Assembly (NCBI GenBank): GCA_964425135.1 | Contig: CAYRKW010000003.1 | Location: 618 to 64,617 of the forward strand | DNA length: 64,000 nucleotides | From: an uncultured Rhodobacterales bacterium | Lineage (GTDB): Bacteria; Pseudomonadota; Alphaproteobacteria; Rhodobacterales; Rhodobacteraceae | Direction of reading: 5' to 3' | Shown: positions 62,706-64,000 of the stretch, piece by piece | Position numbering within the stretch: the first letter of the stretch is position 1 | Layout: every line of letters begins with the position of its first letter | Notes under the pieces: model-generated | The model's database searches: none | What the model saw: the letters and a program-made list of their open reading frames with translations, nothing else | What the model was told of the DNA's origin: nothing | Translations under genes and position numbers: made by a program

Positions 62706-62813
62706 AATGAGGGTTCCTTGATGGGTTGAAGTCTTGCCAAATTCCTGAACTCTATTAAGCAAGTCAAAGCGGCAAGTGCCAGCAGGTTTTCCAATAGCAG
62801 GAGTAGCGCGCGA

Positions 62814-64000
62814 ATGAGCAGGATCGTTGTAATCGGCGCAGGTCAAGCCGGTGCCTCCCTCGTTGCCCGTCTGCGAAAACAGGGTTTTGACGGGGAAATC
62901 TGCCTTCTCGGGGCGGAGCCGGTGCTCCCCTATCAACGCCCGCCTTTGTCGAAAAAATACCTCACCGGTGAGATGGAGCTTGAGCGCCTCTTTTTGCGTC
63001 CTCGCAGCTTTTACGATCAGGAAAACATAGACCTGCGACTTGATACACAGGTCACGCAGATTAATCCCAGCGCCAAGACCATATCGCTCGGCGCGGAAAA
63101 ACTGGCCTATGATCAGCTTGCGCTGACCACAGGCTCCGTGCCGCGCAACCTGCCCGCATCCATCGGCGGCGCGCTGGGCGGCGTATATACTGTGCGAAAT
63201 CTTGCGGATGTGGATGCCATGGCCCCCGAATTTCGCGAAAATGCGCGCGTTTTGATCGTTGGCGGTGGCTATATAGGTCTTGAGGCGGCTTCAGTTGCGG
63301 CCTCTCGCGGTCTCAGTGTCACGCTCGTTGAGATGGCCGACCGTATCTTGCAACGGGTCGCATCACCACAAACGTCCGATTTCTTCCGCAATTTGCACCA
63401 AAGCCATGGCGTCGATATCCGCGAAGGCGTCGGTCTCGACCGCCTCACCGGCGAAACCCGTGTGCAGGGCGCGATCCTGACCAATGGCGATGAGATTGCA
63501 GTAGATTTTGTGATTGTGGGCGTCGGGATCGAGCCTGACATCGCGCTCGCGCAGGCCGCCGGTCTGGAGATTGAGAACGGAATTAAAGTCGATGCATTGG
63601 GCCGCACCTCCGACGCATCCATTTACGCCGCTGGCGATTGCTGCTCCTTCCCGCATGAAGGCGGCAGGCTCCGCCTCGAATCCGTTCCCAACGCCATCGA
63701 TCAGGCCGAAGCGGTCGCTGACGCGATGCTTGGCGGGACCGAACCCTACCTTCCAAATGTCTGGTTCTGGTCCGATCAATATGACGTCACGCTGCAAATC
63801 GCGGGACTCAACAGCAGTTACACGGATGTTGTGACGCGTAAGGATGGCGAGCGGATATCATTTTGGTATTTCAAAGACGAGACATTGCTCGCGGTCGATG
63901 CGGTGCGCGATGCGCGGGCTTATATGCTGGGCAAACGCTGGCTTGCGCAAGGTGTCTCACCTTCGCGCTTGGATGTTGCCGATCCATCGCTTGAGCTGAA
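62814..64000 (+). CDS. FAD-dependent pyridine-nucleotide-disulfide oxidoreductase, ferredoxin-reductase type (3-prime end runs off the window; absent from the ORF track)
   Basis: ATG at 62814, with frame 3 open to the window end. Translation begins MSRIVVIGAGQAGASLVARLRKQGFDGEICLLGAEPVLPYQRPPLSKKYL, and a second dinucleotide motif VLIVGGGYIGLEAA occurs at about 63250. Confidence 0.8.
   Translation, partial: MSRIVVIGAGQAGASLVARLRKQGFDGEICLLGAEPVLPYQRPPLSKKYLTGEMELERLFLRPRSFYDQENIDLRLDTQVTQINPSAKTISLGAEKLAYDQLALTTGSVPRNLPASIGGALGGVYTVRNLADVDAMAPEFRENARVLIVGGGYIGLEAASVAASRGLSVTLVEMADRILQRVASPQTSDFFRNLHQSHGVDIREGVGLDRLTGETRVQGAILTNGDEIAVDFVIVGVGIEPDIALAQAAGLEIENGIKVDALGRTSDASIYAAGDCCSFPHEGGRLRLESVPNAIDQAEAVADAMLGGTEPYLPNVWFWSDQYDVTLQIAGLNSSYTDVVTRKDGERISFWYFKDETLLAVDAVRDARAYMLGKRWLAQGVSPSRLDVADPSLEL

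Overview
GC-rich (about 60% by eye, not computed) chromosomal segment typical of a marine Rhodobacteraceae/Roseobacter-group alphaproteobacterium. It is densely coded and mostly metabolic or housekeeping. I saw no CRISPR array, IS element, integrase, phage gene or recognisable defence system; the only DNA methyltransferase is the orphan cell-cycle enzyme CcrM. Gene order: (1) the 3-prime part of a large secreted PPC-repeat/RTX protein; (2) aldehyde dehydrogenase, SDR, a sugar ABC transporter and a ROK regulator; (3) tctCBA, a small membrane protein, and an AtuA-like(DUF1446)/DUF4387 pair; (4) tRNA(CAT), purM, purN; (5) an Amt-family transporter with a 56-aa membrane micro-ORF; (6) a TRAP transporter with a LysR regulator; (7) a roughly 17-kb methylated-amine locus: tmoXWV-tdm on the plus strand, convergent with a roughly 10-kb minus-strand operon (SoxB-like FAD oxidoreductase, gmaS, 47-aa Cys-rich ORF, mgsABC, four uncharacterised translationally coupled genes, tmm); (8) GntR regulator, agmatinase-family enzyme, GGT-family enzyme; (9) xthA, lolA, DUF2161-like nuclease-fold protein, PepSY/Lys-rich exported protein, ccrM-rnhB-trpF-like, tRNA-Arg(CCT); (10) a DASS transporter, an unusual membrane-split alpha/beta hydrolase downstream of mlaA-mlaC, a type I secretion ABC/MFP pair, RidA, GDPD, a DUF482/GNAT protein, a peroxiredoxin and a partial ferredoxin-reductase-type flavoprotein. 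The items I consider most worth follow-up are: the uncharacterised coupled gene block and micro-ORF inside the methylamine operon, where no dmmDABC or mgdABCD lies in the window; a dispersed roughly 72-77-nt element placed just after stop codons, present three times with a covarying hairpin; and the alpha/beta hydrolase whose catalytic motifs are separated by about 8-9 transmembrane helices. Functional calls rest on motif recognition in the supplied translations. No database searches were run.
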